From Candidatus Zixiibacteriota bacterium (GTDB lineage: Bacteria > UBP14 > UBA6098 > JBKHBT01): DNA of 55,972 nt. The stretch spans positions 1 to 55,972 of the forward strand of contig JBKHBT010000012.1 in the NCBI GenBank assembly GCA_046542255.1. The letters are read 5' to 3'. A model generated the notes under the pieces. The model ran no database searches. It was not told the DNA's origin and was given only the letters and a program-made list of their open reading frames with translations. The position numbers were made by a program, and so were the translations under genes. Within the stretch, counting starts at the first letter, position 1. The number at the start of each line of letters is the position of its first letter. Below are positions 18,229 to 28,474 of this stretch, one piece after another.

Positions 18229-18770
18229 AAGCTGTGATAGGTTTGTTTATCTTCTTCGGAATGCTTTGCTCTGCTGGATTTTTTGGCTTTCGCGCTTATT
18301 ACGGTTTTCAATCTCTGGAATGACCTGTGTTTGTAATAAATTATTTTCATCATAAGAGCTAAAAAGGTATTTCGTTTTTAAATTATCGACAATCGCCCAG
18401 GGCGTGGTCAAAAAGGGGTTATCGAAGATCAAAAAATTCGATTCTATTCGAATTCGAGAAAAAAATATTTGATTCTCCAAGAATCAAACTCATAATAAAT
18501 AATGTCCTATTGTATTCATTAACAACGACTTGCACAGCCCTGCAAAAAGGATAGAAATCGAAGTTCTTTCATGTAAAAATTATTTTGACTGGATAAAACA
18601 GAATCTCAAAATAAATCGTTTTTTAGGGATAAATAGAAATGCAATTGAAACACAGCTCTGGGTTGGAGTTTTCGCATGATCAATTTAAGCTCTTATGAAG
18701 GCAGAAAAGTGATGTGTTTGTTTTGATTCTTCGAGACAGTAGTGAAATGCATAAGAAAAACAATAATAAC

Positions 18771-21700
18771 CTATTTTTGCAAAACTTTCTCCACTACCTC
18801 ACGAAGACATTCCTTAGTATAAGGCTTTACAACTACTTCCTTGAATCCATAATCCGAATAATTTACCAAAACCTCGTCCTCAGCATATCCGCTGGAAACA
18901 ATAACATTTGCATTTTTATCGATTTTTAGTATTTCAGTTATTGTCTCTATTCCGCCTTTTCCACCTGGAATTGTAAGATCCATTATGATAATATCAAAAC
19001 CCTGGCCTTGTTGGTATGCCTTTTGAAAAATCTCGATAGCCTCTTCTCCTGATGCTGCAGTAGCAGTCTCGAAGCCCATGCTGACAAGACGATATTTGGT
19101 AACGCGTCGGACAATTTCTTTATCGTCCATTATCAATGCCCTTTTGCCTTCGAATTTTTTGTGGGGTTTTGGAGTTACTTTGGAATTCTTCTTCTTTTGT
19201 TCTTTTTCTATGGCAGGAATAAGCAGTTCGAAAATCGTACCTTTTCTCGCCGAAGACTTTACCTCGATATAACCCCCATGCTTTTTGATTATGGAATAAA
19301 CCGTTGTCAAGCCAAGCCCGCCTTCAGAATCTTTTGTGCTAAAATAAGGATCGAATATCTTATCGATATGGTTTTCGGAAATACCATGTCCCTCATCTGC
19401 AAATGTTATCTTGATATACTTCCCTGATTGAAATTGGGAGAAATTTTGAACATCGAGTTCAATATTTTCTAAATCTATGTATAAATTACCGCCATCTGGC
19501 ATGGCCTCTTTGGCATTTAATGTTAGATTAGAAAATACCTGCTGAATCTGGCCCTTATCGACATTCGCAATCCAAAGACCATCGGGACAATTATAAACAG
19601 GTTTCACATTGCTACCCGAAAGGTCAAATTGGACGATATCCTTCAGCACCTCGATCAAACGAATATCCTGTTTTACTGGAGCCCCCCCTTTCGAAAATGT
19701 TAGGAGTTGTTTGCTCAGACGCTTTGCCATATCCAATGATGCTTCTGAATCCTGAAGGAATTTCCATGCTGGATGCGATGGCTCGAGATTGTCTTTTACA
19801 ATCGAAAGATTACCAAAAAGGCCCATAAGAATATTATTAAAATCATGAGCGATACCACCTGCCAGAGTTCCGAGACTTTCTAATTTCTGAGTACGAATCC
19901 TTTGATCTTCGAGATTCTTTCTTTCGGTTATATCGCGAACCGTTGCCAATACTTTATCATCCTCGAAAGGAACCATTTGGGCATTGTAAATTTTTTCTTC
20001 TGAACCTTTTAAGAATTTATAGTCGAAAACCCTTTTGTTTTTAGTCTCGATAGTTTTTGCGATGTTTTCTAATATAATTTTCTGCTGTTCTTCTGAAAAA
20101 CCAGCATCCTTGATATTCTTGCCGATTATTTCTTCGGAAGATATAAGCAACTCTTCATCTATCTCGGCTTTGAAATCGATATATGTCCCATAGCTATCGA
20201 GAATAAACATCATCTCTGGCATCGCATCAAGAAGTGCTTGATTTCTATTGTAGGTGATTTCTAATTGCTTCTCCTGTTCCTTTTTTTCGGTAATGTCCCT
20301 AACCATTGAAAGCACCTGCCCTTCGCCACAAGGAACCATTCTTACTTCAAAGAAATGCTGCTTTTCATCTAATATCAGAGAATATTCATAATTTTGATTT
20401 TCCTTGGACTCCAGAGTTTTTATCACTTTCTTTTTGGTTAATTCAGATAGCTTTTTGGGCAAAACCTCATCAATTTTCTTACCAATGAACTCCTTCTCCG
20501 GAACAAGCAGCTTTTCGCTTTGCGGTGCGTGATTATCAATAAATCTGAATTGGTCATCTATTCTAAATAATAAATCGGGAATAGCGGCTAAAGTTGCACT
20601 ATATCTCTTTTCATTTTCACGGATCGCTTCTCGCATCTTGTATTCTTTTGTTACATCTCTAAAAACGAGTACGGTGCCTAAGATATTGCTATTTTTATCT
20701 TTTATGGGAGCTGCTGAATCTGCGATTTGATATTTCTTGCCACTTTTGGAAATAAGGGCAGTATGATTGGCAAGCCCAATAATTTTACCTGTTTGTAATA
20801 CTTTGCCTACCGGATTATCGACTTTTTTCAACGTATTGGAATCTACAATATTAAATACTTCTGTTAATCCTCTTCCAATTGCATCTTCAATCTTCCATTC
20901 AGTTAATTTTTGGGCGATAGGATTCATAGATTCAATATTACCCTTGGTGTCGGTAGTTATAACTGCATCGCCAATAGAATTGAGTGTCGTCTCCAATCGG
21001 TCTCGGCTTTCACTTAGCTGTAATTCGGTTTTTTTACGTTCGGTAATATCATCTATGATAGACAAAATCCTATTATGGCCATCCATCTTCAAGATTTCAG
21101 CAAAGAAAAGTCCGATTAAAATTCCACCGCTTTTCTTTTGTAATTCAACCTCGATACCATCTACTCTGCCCTTTTCTGCTAATTCATTTTTTATTTTTGT
21201 TCTGTTTTCTTGAGAAAGAATCTTCAAGTCAATGGATGTTTTGCCAATTATTTCGGCTCTTTTATAGCCAGTGGTTTTAATAAAATTACTATTAATTTCA
21301 ATATATCTATCTGTATCGATATCCTCGATACACATAAGTAACGGTCCATTATGAAACGCCCTGGAAAACAATTCTTCAGACCTTCTAAGCTCCTTTTCCA
21401 TTTCCTTTCTTTTGCTAATATCTTCAAAAACAGTAACGAAATGCGAGCTATCAGTTGAGAATGCAGAAATGGAAAAATATTTATTAAAAGGTTTGAAATA
21501 GACTTCAAATCGGTAAGGTAGTCCTGTTCGGGCAACTTTAGTGAAGATTTCAAGATAAGGCGGCCTGTCTGTTCCATAGACTTCGGTTGAAAATTTACCA
21601 ACTATATCTTCGGTTCTAAGCTCCAGAATATTTTCATACGCAAGGTTTACATCAGTGATACGATAATCCACTGGATTGCCAAGTTTATCATGGACAATCT

Positions 21701-22226
21701 CGTGGATTGCAACTCCTTCGTTCATATTTTCGTATAGTTTGCGATATTGCTTTTCGCTTTTTTTTATCTTTTCCCGCAAAAGGAAACTATTTGTGCTATC
21801 TCGAAAGACAATCACAACTCCTTTTATTTTTCCAAAACTATCGAATATCGGCGCGCCAGAATCTGAAATATGGTATTTATCACCATTTTTAGAAATTAAA
21901 ATGGCATGATTGGCCATATCGACTACAATACCTTTTTTTAATACTTTTTTTGCAGGAGAATCTATTCGTATGCCGTTTTTAGAATCCACAAGATGCAAAA
22001 TCTTGGATATTTTATGGCCAATAGCATCATCAGCATTCCACCCGGTGAGTCTTTCTGCTTCAGGATTGAGGCCGGTAATAATTTCTTTCGCATCACAAGA
22101 AATGACAGCATCACCCATGGAATTGAGAATCATTCGTAGATTATCGATCTTACTAGATAATGCTTTTATCTTCTCTTTGGCCTGTTGTAAATCGCTAATA
22201 TTCGAATCAATATGACCACTGTCCAT
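18771..22226 (-). CDS. Multi-PAS hybrid sensor histidine kinase with a C-terminal receiver domain
   Basis: Several PAS repeats, HisKA (LAGGIAHDFNNIL), HATPase (GxGLGL) and a receiver domain (RALIMDD...IIMDLTIPG). Confidence 0.85.
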   Translation of the reverse strand: MDSGHIDSNISDLQQAKEKIKALSSKIDNLRMILNSMGDAVISCDAKEIITGLNPEAERLTGWNADDAIGHKISKILHLVDSKNGIRIDSPAKKVLKKGIVVDMANHAILISKNGDKYHISDSGAPIFDSFGKIKGVVIVFRDSTNSFLLREKIKKSEKQYRKLYENMNEGVAIHEIVHDKLGNPVDYRITDVNLAYENILELRTEDIVGKFSTEVYGTDRPPYLEIFTKVARTGLPYRFEVYFKPFNKYFSISAFSTDSSHFVTVFEDISKRKEMEKELRRSEELFSRAFHNGPLLMCIEDIDTDRYIEINSNFIKTTGYKRAEIIGKTSIDLKILSQENRTKIKNELAEKGRVDGIEVELQKKSGGILIGLFFAEILKMDGHNRILSIIDDITERKKTELQLSESRDRLETTLNSIGDAVITTDTKGNIESMNPIAQKLTEWKIEDAIGRGLTEVFNIVDSNTLKKVDNPVGKVLQTGKIIGLANHTALISKSGKKYQIADSAAPIKDKNSNILGTVLVFRDVTKEYKMREAIRENEKRYSATLAAIPDLLFRIDDQFRFIDNHAPQSEKLLVPEKEFIGKKIDEVLPKKLSELTKKKVIKTLESKENQNYEYSLILDEKQHFFEVRMVPCGEGQVLSMVRDITEKKEQEKQLEITYNRNQALLDAMPEMMFILDSYGTYIDFKAEIDEELLISSEEIIGKNIKDAGFSEEQQKIILENIAKTIETKNKRVFDYKFLKGSEEKIYNAQMVPFEDDKVLATVRDITERKNLEDQRIRTQKLESLGTLAGGIAHDFNNILMGLFGNLSIVKDNLEPSHPAWKFLQDSEASLDMAKRLSKQLLTFSKGGAPVKQDIRLIEVLKDIVQFDLSGSNVKPVYNCPDGLWIANVDKGQIQQVFSNLTLNAKEAMPDGGNLYIDLENIELDVQNFSQFQSGKYIKITFADEGHGISENHIDKIFDPYFSTKDSEGGLGLTTVYSIIKKHGGYIEVKSSARKGTIFELLIPAIEKEQKKKNSKVTPKPHKKFEGKRALIMDDKEIVRRVTKYRLVSMGFETATAASGEEAIEIFQKAYQQGQGFDIIIMDLTIPGGKGGIETITEILKIDKNANVIVSSGYAEDEVLVNYSDYGFKEVVVKPYTKECLREVVEKVLQK

Positions 22227-22481
22227 GATTGTCCTAACTTAAGTCTAATTATAAGTTATAGGCTATACCATTTTTTCTTGACACTATTAAAACAATTTTT
22301 TGCTCTTCCTCATTTTAATTATACACAAATTTCCTAAAATGTCAATTTTTTTTACAAATTAATTCATGATAACAAAAATTTTAGAAGGTCTTTGGATACA
22401 ATTGCTCCATCAAAATTTTTCTTTCAATTTAATTCAGATTTTGTATTTTCTATAAAGGTATTTAATATTGAGGATAATTTA

Positions 22482-24905
22482 ATGGATTATAGCAAATTCA
22501 CAAAACAAGAGTTGATAGCGGAAATATTACACCTCGAAGAAAATGAAAAGAAATTGCTCTATCTAATCGAATCGATGACCTTTGGAATTGTCTTTCAAGA
22601 TAAGTCGGGAATAATCATATCCGCAAATAAAATGGCCGAAAAGATACTTGGCCTTTCACTCCAACAGATGCAAGGCCGCAAATCCACAGACCCCAGATGG
22701 AAATCGATACGTGAAGATGGCTCTTCTTTTCCCGGCGAAGAACATCCTGCAATGATTGCTCTGAAAACTGCCGAAAAAGTCCATAATGTCAAAATGGGAG
22801 TAAAAAAGCCTGGCAATCCAGAAATCACATGGATCAATATCAATGCTGTGCCATTATTTCGTGATGGAGAAAATGAGCCTTATCAAGTTTACTCTACTTT
22901 TGAAGATGTAACCCAAACAGTTAACTTTCAAAAAGGGCTACAAAAAAGCCAGAAGATTTTCGAGCTTTTTATGAAACATCTTCCCGGTGCGGTCTTCTTG
23001 AAAAACCAAACAGGTAAATTATTATTCGCAAATGCGACATTTGCAAAATTAATCGGTAAAAACCCAGAAGAAATAATCGGCAAAAATATTGATAGGATGC
23101 TGAATCCTAAAAATGTAGAAGCATTTGCCGAAGAGAATAGAAAAATTATTCTAAATCGCCAACCTATTGTATCCGAGCATGAGTTTACCTGGCAAGGCAA
23201 TACTTCTCATTTCTATAACTATAAATTCCCAATCGAATTAAAAACCGACTTTTTTGACATGCAGCAAAATATACTTATCGGCTCAATAAGTATCGATATA
23301 ACCGATCTAAAACAGATGCAGAACGCATTGGTCGAATCGGAAGAAAAATATAGAAACCTGGTAGAACACACTCCACAGGGCATTTGTACAATCGATGATA
23401 AAGGTATCTATATTTTCATGAATGAAGCAGCGGCAAAAGCCCTGGGCGGACTTCCTAATGATTTCATCGGCAAAAAGATGAATGAGATCTTCCCTGAAGA
23501 AATCGCGAATGAACAGCTATCAGAAATCCATAAGACAATTGAAAAGGGCAAATATCATCAGACAATAAAGCGCTCTTATGTCGCTGGTGAATATAGATGG
23601 TTCGAAGCTAGAATGCAGCCACTTCAAAATGATGAAGACCATTTTGACCGGGTCTTGCTTATCCTTACTGATGTAACAGAAATCAGAAAAGCCGAAAAAG
23701 AGAGAGAAGAATTACGCGCTAAATTGCAAAGAGCTCAAAAAATGGAAGCTCTGGGAACATTGGCTGGTGGAGTTGCCCATGATCTTAATAATATTCTCTC
23801 GGGAATCGTTGGTTACCCAGAAATCCTAATGATGGATATCGAAGATCTAAAAAATAAAACTAGTAACTACCTCTTTTTAGAAAAATTAGATGACATTCAC
23901 AAGACTATTGATATGATTAATAATTCAGGGCAAAGAGCTGCAAATGTGGTTCATGATCTTCTTACTCTTGCAAGAAGAGGAGTAAATATCAGCAAACCGG
24001 TTAATATCAATGATATAGTAAAATATTTCATCCATTCACCCGAATATGCAAAAATCCTAAAAGAAAATCCTGGAATCGAAGTAGAAACTCGACTGAATGA
24101 GAACACTCAAAATATCATTGGTTCGAAAGCGCATCTAAATAAAACATTATTGAACCTTGTCTTAAATGCCTTCGAGGCAATGCATAAGACTGGAACGATA
24201 AAAATTGAAACGAGAAATCAAACAATAATCGGCAACAAAAATGGATATGAGATAATACCCGAAGGTAGTTATTCTTTATTGATTGTTAAAGATGAAGGCA
24301 CTGGTATCAAAGATGAAGATTTGGAAAGAATTTTCGAACCTTTTTATACTCGCAAAATAATGGGCAGAAGTGGCACAGGGTTAGGAATGGCAATTGTATG
24401 GGGTACTGTTAAGGACCATAATGGATACATAGATATCGATACAAAAATAGGTTATGGCAGCACTTTCACAATATATCTACCTGTATCAGATCAAGACATA
24501 AAAAATGACAATGTACCAGAAAGTAAAGAAAATCTATATGGAAAAGGCCAAAAAATTCTCATAGTCGATGATATCGAAGCCCAAAGGAAACTGGCGAGTG
24601 ATATTTTATCGAGATTTGGTTATGAGACCATTACTGCAAGTAGCGGTGAAGAAGCGATTGAAAAATCTAAAAAACAGAAATTTGACCTCGTCATTCTCGA
24701 TATGATAATGAATCCTGGAATAGATGGCCTCGATACATATAAAATACTTCTCGAAATAAATCCTGAACAAAAAATCATTATTGCAAGTGGTTATTCTGAA
24801 AACGACAGAGTGAAAAAAGCCCTTGAATTAGGAGCGAGTAAATATATCAGAAAACCATATAGCATAATGCAATTGGTCAAAGATGTCAAAGAATCAATGT
24901 TTTGA
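22482..24905 (+). CDS. Multi-PAS hybrid sensor histidine kinase with a C-terminal receiver domain
   Basis: PAS repeats, HisKA (LAGGVAHDLNNIL), HATPase and a receiver domain (KILIVDD...LVILDMIMNPG). GAGGA RBS lies 8 nt before the ATG at 22482. The ORF is open from 22392. Confidence 0.85.
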   Translation: MDYSKFTKQELIAEILHLEENEKKLLYLIESMTFGIVFQDKSGIIISANKMAEKILGLSLQQMQGRKSTDPRWKSIREDGSSFPGEEHPAMIALKTAEKVHNVKMGVKKPGNPEITWININAVPLFRDGENEPYQVYSTFEDVTQTVNFQKGLQKSQKIFELFMKHLPGAVFLKNQTGKLLFANATFAKLIGKNPEEIIGKNIDRMLNPKNVEAFAEENRKIILNRQPIVSEHEFTWQGNTSHFYNYKFPIELKTDFFDMQQNILIGSISIDITDLKQMQNALVESEEKYRNLVEHTPQGICTIDDKGIYIFMNEAAAKALGGLPNDFIGKKMNEIFPEEIANEQLSEIHKTIEKGKYHQTIKRSYVAGEYRWFEARMQPLQNDEDHFDRVLLILTDVTEIRKAEKEREELRAKLQRAQKMEALGTLAGGVAHDLNNILSGIVGYPEILMMDIEDLKNKTSNYLFLEKLDDIHKTIDMINNSGQRAANVVHDLLTLARRGVNISKPVNINDIVKYFIHSPEYAKILKENPGIEVETRLNENTQNIIGSKAHLNKTLLNLVLNAFEAMHKTGTIKIETRNQTIIGNKNGYEIIPEGSYSLLIVKDEGTGIKDEDLERIFEPFYTRKIMGRSGTGLGMAIVWGTVKDHNGYIDIDTKIGYGSTFTIYLPVSDQDIKNDNVPESKENLYGKGQKILIVDDIEAQRKLASDILSRFGYETITASSGEEAIEKSKKQKFDLVILDMIMNPGIDGLDTYKILLEINPEQKIIIASGYSENDRVKKALELGASKYIRKPYSIMQLVKDVKESMF

Positions 24906-25000
24906 TTTAATTATCTAAACTACCGAAATCATTGAACTTTTCCTTGCTAAATACTTTATTTGCCATATTTTAAATATAAAGTCAACCATTTAGGAAGCGC

Positions 25001-25309
25001 ATGAAAAAACTTCTACCGCTCATTTTGTTAATACCAATAGTCTTTAGCCAAACAGAAATCAACTATAATCCAGCACACTACTTTGTCGGCAATATTTATA
25101 CAAACCGCACTGTCGAAGAAGTCAAATTTTCGATAGGTTCGACCGGAGGCCCACAGAAATGGGATTTCACTACTTTTCCTGATGGTGATGAATCTGATTT
25201 CGAGGTAGTCGAATACTCTTCTTCTCTACCCGAAGTCGCCAGTTGCGCTATGACTCCTAATTATGTGATTTACAATCACACAATTACTCTTTTAAAGCCA
25301 TATATATAG
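25001..25309 (+). CDS. N-terminal fragment (signal peptide plus ~80 aa) of a T9SS cargo protein. Its last codons and stop lie inside repeat copy B.
   Basis: Signal peptide MKKLLPLILLIPIVFSQ. The ORF terminates at TAG within the repeat's (TA)n segment. Confidence 0.45.
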   Translation: MKKLLPLILLIPIVFSQTEINYNPAHYFVGNIYTNRTVEEVKFSIGSTGGPQKWDFTTFPDGDESDFEVVEYSSSLPEVASCAMTPNYVIYNHTITLLKPYI

Positions 25310-25398
25310 CATATATATAATACTTAATATATTTAGCAAAAGGATTTACTGATGTTTTAGCCTGAAAAGTATGACAATGCGGAGCAGCGCATTGTCTG
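25282..25398 (+). repeat. Copy B of the ~115-bp repeat family, inserted between the two halves of a T9SS cargo gene
   Basis: Best-conserved copy, with a perfect 9-bp hairpin GACAATGCG-GAGCAG-CGCATTGTC. Confidence 0.7.
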
Positions 25399-26174
25399 AT
25401 ACTTCTGAAATCGAAGGATATGGATATATGCATCAAAACTCTTCCCGAGTTATTGGACTCGGGCTTTGGGGAGAAATGACTGACGATGGTTCGACATATT
25501 CACTAACAGCCTTTAATGAAGACTACAGCCCTTCGAATACATTCCCGATGAATTATGGAGACAGCTGGATCGAAACTTCTTATGGAACAGGCGAAATAAA
25601 TTATATCGTTACCATGGACTATGAATACTGGGACACAAGCTATTACGAAATCGATGCATGGGGACAGATTATTTTACCGATAGGCACTTTCGATGCATTA
25701 CGAGTAAAAAAGCGTCATCATAGGCATCAGGTTTCTGACCATTTTCTTTTTGGATTCGATAAATTCGAAAGAGAATTTGGTTGGCAATGGTACTGCTATG
25801 AAGTCGGCTTTGCTGGTTCATGGATGGGCCCAAAAGACACCCTGGATAATCTACCCGATTCGACATTTACGATAGGCAAGCTTAGCTATCAGATTGCAAA
25901 TTCAATGCTCTCCATTTCTGAAAAAGAAGCAAAGCCGGCGAAAGTTGAGATTTTAACATATCCTAATCCATTTAATTCATCGATTTCGATCCTTACGGAT
26001 GATAATGCAGATATATCGATTTTCGATTTGAATGGCAAGTGTATATTGCGAAATAGCTTGCCTTCAGGGGTTTTTAGATGGCAACCAAAAGGCGATTTAA
26101 CTTCCGGGATTTATATTATCGAGATAGAATCCCATAATGGCCGTATCCAAAAGCAAGTATTCTATATCGGATAG
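25371..26174 (+). CDS. C-terminal fragment of a secreted protein with a T9SS C-terminal sorting domain. It has no signal peptide of its own.
   Basis: C-terminus LTYPNPFNSSISI...DISIFDLNGKCI...GIYIIEIE. The annotated ATG (ATGACAATG) lies inside the repeat core. Confidence 0.5.
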   Translation: MTMRSSALSDTSEIEGYGYMHQNSSRVIGLGLWGEMTDDGSTYSLTAFNEDYSPSNTFPMNYGDSWIETSYGTGEINYIVTMDYEYWDTSYYEIDAWGQIILPIGTFDALRVKKRHHRHQVSDHFLFGFDKFEREFGWQWYCYEVGFAGSWMGPKDTLDNLPDSTFTIGKLSYQIANSMLSISEKEAKPAKVEILTYPNPFNSSISILTDDNADISIFDLNGKCILRNSLPSGVFRWQPKGDLTSGIYIIEIESHNGRIQKQVFYIG

Positions 26175-26258
26175 TTTATTTATTAGTTACATCTTTTTCA
26201 TTGCACTTGACAAGCCTTGCAGCCCTATTTATATTTTCGTAAGAATAAAGGAGATGTA

Positions 26259-26588
26259 TTGAGATATATAACTTTGATATTAATTACTTTGCTTCTTCTT
26301 GCTGGAGTTTATTTCTATGCACTAAACCTGGACCAAATGGTCGATAGATTGGATCTGGCATTTTCTAGCTTCGATGATATACCTCTTTTTATCATTGTAT
26401 TTGGTAGTCTCGGTGTCGGCATATTTTGGTCGCTTTTAATTTTTCTTATTCAAGAAATCAGGCTCCGGCTGAAGCTAATGCAGGTAAGAAGCGAAAATAA
26501 AAAATTAAGAAAAGAACTCGATATGCTTAGAATGCAACCACTTCAGGAAATTGACATAACCAATAAAATCAAAAAGGAAAAGCAATGA
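26259..26588 (+). CDS. LapA-like (DUF1049) inner-membrane LPS assembly protein
   Basis: Two TM helices followed by a basic coiled-coil tail. Probable TTG start with AAGGAG 5 nt upstream. The stop overlaps the lapB start (ATGA). Confidence 0.5.
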   Translation: MRYITLILITLLLLAGVYFYALNLDQMVDRLDLAFSSFDDIPLFIIVFGSLGVGIFWSLLIFLIQEIRLRLKLMQVRSENKKLRKELDMLRMQPLQEIDITNKIKKEKQ

Positions 26589-27712
26589 ATTGGATTATAG
26601 CATCGATATTTATTGTCGCTTTTCTTATCGCTCTTGGTTTCTATTGGAAAAGCTCTCAACGAGGAGTCAAAAAAGACAGAAGCACCAGAGAGCTCATCGA
26701 TGGTTTTGTAGCATTAATCGACAGCAACGTCGGAAAAGGCATCTACCATTTTAAAGATGCGATAAAATACGATACTAATTGCATAACTGCCTATATTGTA
26801 CTCGGTGAATTGCTTTCCCGGCAAGGCAATTACCAGGAAGCAACGAGAATATACAATTCTCTTCTTCTCCGTTCGAATATCCCCGCCGAAAAAAGACAAA
26901 AAATCCAAATCTCATTGGCTGAAAACTATCTTCGAAACCAGAACTACAATCTTGCAGCAAAGCTTTCCAAACAAGCCCTCGCACCGAAAACATCTGCAAA
27001 AGCTTATCAGATTTATCTCGAAGCATCAGAAGCTTTAGGCAACTGGGACGATGCTTATCAAGCACTCCTCAGAATGCAAAAAATGGATAAGAATCCAGAA
27101 AAATATAAATCACATCTCGCAGGATATAAACTCGAGATTGGCCAAAAGCATCTCAATAATGAAGAATATGAAAAGGCACGCTCCGTCTTTAATGAAGCTG
27201 CCAAATTAGATTCTACCTCGCCATTTCCCGATCTTCTTATAGGCGATACTTATCTCGAAGAGGGCAAATTAAAAGAAGCTATCGAGTCCTGGTCAAAATT
27301 GGCCAAAGAACATCCAGAAAAGGCCAGTATGGTTTTCGAAAGAATCGAAAAAGCGCTATATGATGTTGGCGATTTCCAGAAAATTACCGGATTCTATAGA
27401 AAACTTATCGAAAACGATCTGTCTAAACCCCAGGCTGCGAAAGCTCTGGCACGCATATACTTCAAGATGGGCGATTGGGAAAGAGCGATTCAAACTCTAT
27501 CTTATGCACCAAGTAATGACCTCGAAAGCATTATCCTGAAAATCGAGATTGCTGCAAAATCTGACAGCCTAATGATGAGCGAATCAATTGAAAATCTCAA
27601 AAAAGTAGTGGCTGAGAGCAATCGATATATCTGCACAAATTGTGGCAAAAAATACGAAAAACCTAATTTCTATTGCTCAAATTGCGGAAAATTCAATACA
27701 ATTGTAAAATAA
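26585..27712 (+). CDS. lapB: Lipopolysaccharide assembly protein B (TPR protein with a C-terminal rubredoxin-like zinc ribbon)
   Basis: N-terminal TM helix, TPR repeats and C-terminal CTNCGKKYEKPNFYCSNCGKF. It is coupled to a LapA-like gene. Confidence 0.75.
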   Translation: MNWIIASIFIVAFLIALGFYWKSSQRGVKKDRSTRELIDGFVALIDSNVGKGIYHFKDAIKYDTNCITAYIVLGELLSRQGNYQEATRIYNSLLLRSNIPAEKRQKIQISLAENYLRNQNYNLAAKLSKQALAPKTSAKAYQIYLEASEALGNWDDAYQALLRMQKMDKNPEKYKSHLAGYKLEIGQKHLNNEEYEKARSVFNEAAKLDSTSPFPDLLIGDTYLEEGKLKEAIESWSKLAKEHPEKASMVFERIEKALYDVGDFQKITGFYRKLIENDLSKPQAAKALARIYFKMGDWERAIQTLSYAPSNDLESIILKIEIAAKSDSLMMSESIENLKKVVAESNRYICTNCGKKYEKPNFYCSNCGKFNTIVK

Positions 27713-27713
27713 T

Positions 27714-28463
27714 ATGAAATACCTATCGAATATTTCGATTTTCATTCTTTTTATTTTTACTTCCATCGTTTTTTCAGCCAATTTTATAGATACAGGCAAA
27801 GGCGATGCATATCGAAATTTCTGGAAAAACCCGGAACTCGAGAAAATCATATTGGAAAGCGAAATACCAGAACAATTGGATTCCTTATCAGAACTCGATG
27901 GCAATGTGGCCAAGTTTGAGATGGGTAGGCTTTGTTTTTCGCTCGGGCTATATCGGCAGGCACAGCAGTATTTCGAGATGGCCGATGATACCGAGTTAAA
28001 ATTTCTTTTTCTTGCACAGATTAATATGATTTTATCAGAATATGATCTTGCACTCGTATATCTCGAAAAAATTCCAGACACCAGTTTCGCTGGATATCCC
28101 ATGCTTTGTAAAAAGCAAATATCATCTCTTAAACCAGATTTGACAGAAAATTTAGATATTAATGATGACTTTTCTAAATTTTATAGTTATTTTGTTAAAC
28201 AAGAAAGCTCTTTGGACGATTTTTCTTATGAAGATGGCAGTTTTACGATTCAGTTCGGTGCATTTAGCGATGAGTCTCGGGCCAAAGTCCTTGAAGAGAA
28301 GGTTTCCAAAGAAGGCTTAAATACCAGAATCGCCCAAAAATCCAAAGACGGCCAGATTTTATATCTTGTCCATGGCGGTAGTTTCAAAACTAAAGACCAG
28401 GCTGAAAAAAAGGCCGAACAGCTTAGTGGTGCGTTCATTTATAATATTGTCGAGATTCAATAA
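27714..28463 (+). CDS. SPOR-domain (peptidoglycan-binding) protein with an N-terminal signal/TM segment
   Basis: C-terminal FTIQFGAFSDESRAKVLEEKVSKEGL...ILYLVHGGSFKTKDQAE fits the SPOR domain. Confidence 0.6.
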   Translation: MKYLSNISIFILFIFTSIVFSANFIDTGKGDAYRNFWKNPELEKIILESEIPEQLDSLSELDGNVAKFEMGRLCFSLGLYRQAQQYFEMADDTELKFLFLAQINMILSEYDLALVYLEKIPDTSFAGYPMLCKKQISSLKPDLTENLDINDDFSKFYSYFVKQESSLDDFSYEDGSFTIQFGAFSDESRAKVLEEKVSKEGLNTRIAQKSKDGQILYLVHGGSFKTKDQAEKKAEQLSGAFIYNIVEIQ

Positions 28464-28474
28464 GGGAGTATAAA

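Larger units (their letters stand above)
25001..26174 (+). pseudogene. Probable disrupted T9SS-secreted protein gene. An N-terminal signal-peptide ORF and a C-terminal T9SS-CTD ORF are separated by the repeat insertion.
   Basis: The downstream ORF (from 25371) lacks a signal peptide but ends in a T9SS CTD. The upstream ORF has a signal peptide but no CTD. The repeat lies exactly between them. Confidence 0.4.

Noticed and set aside
19078-22215. Several plus-strand ORFs of 60-150 aa antisense to the hybrid kinase gene
   Set aside because: They lie entirely inside a long, well-supported minus-strand CDS and have low-complexity translations.
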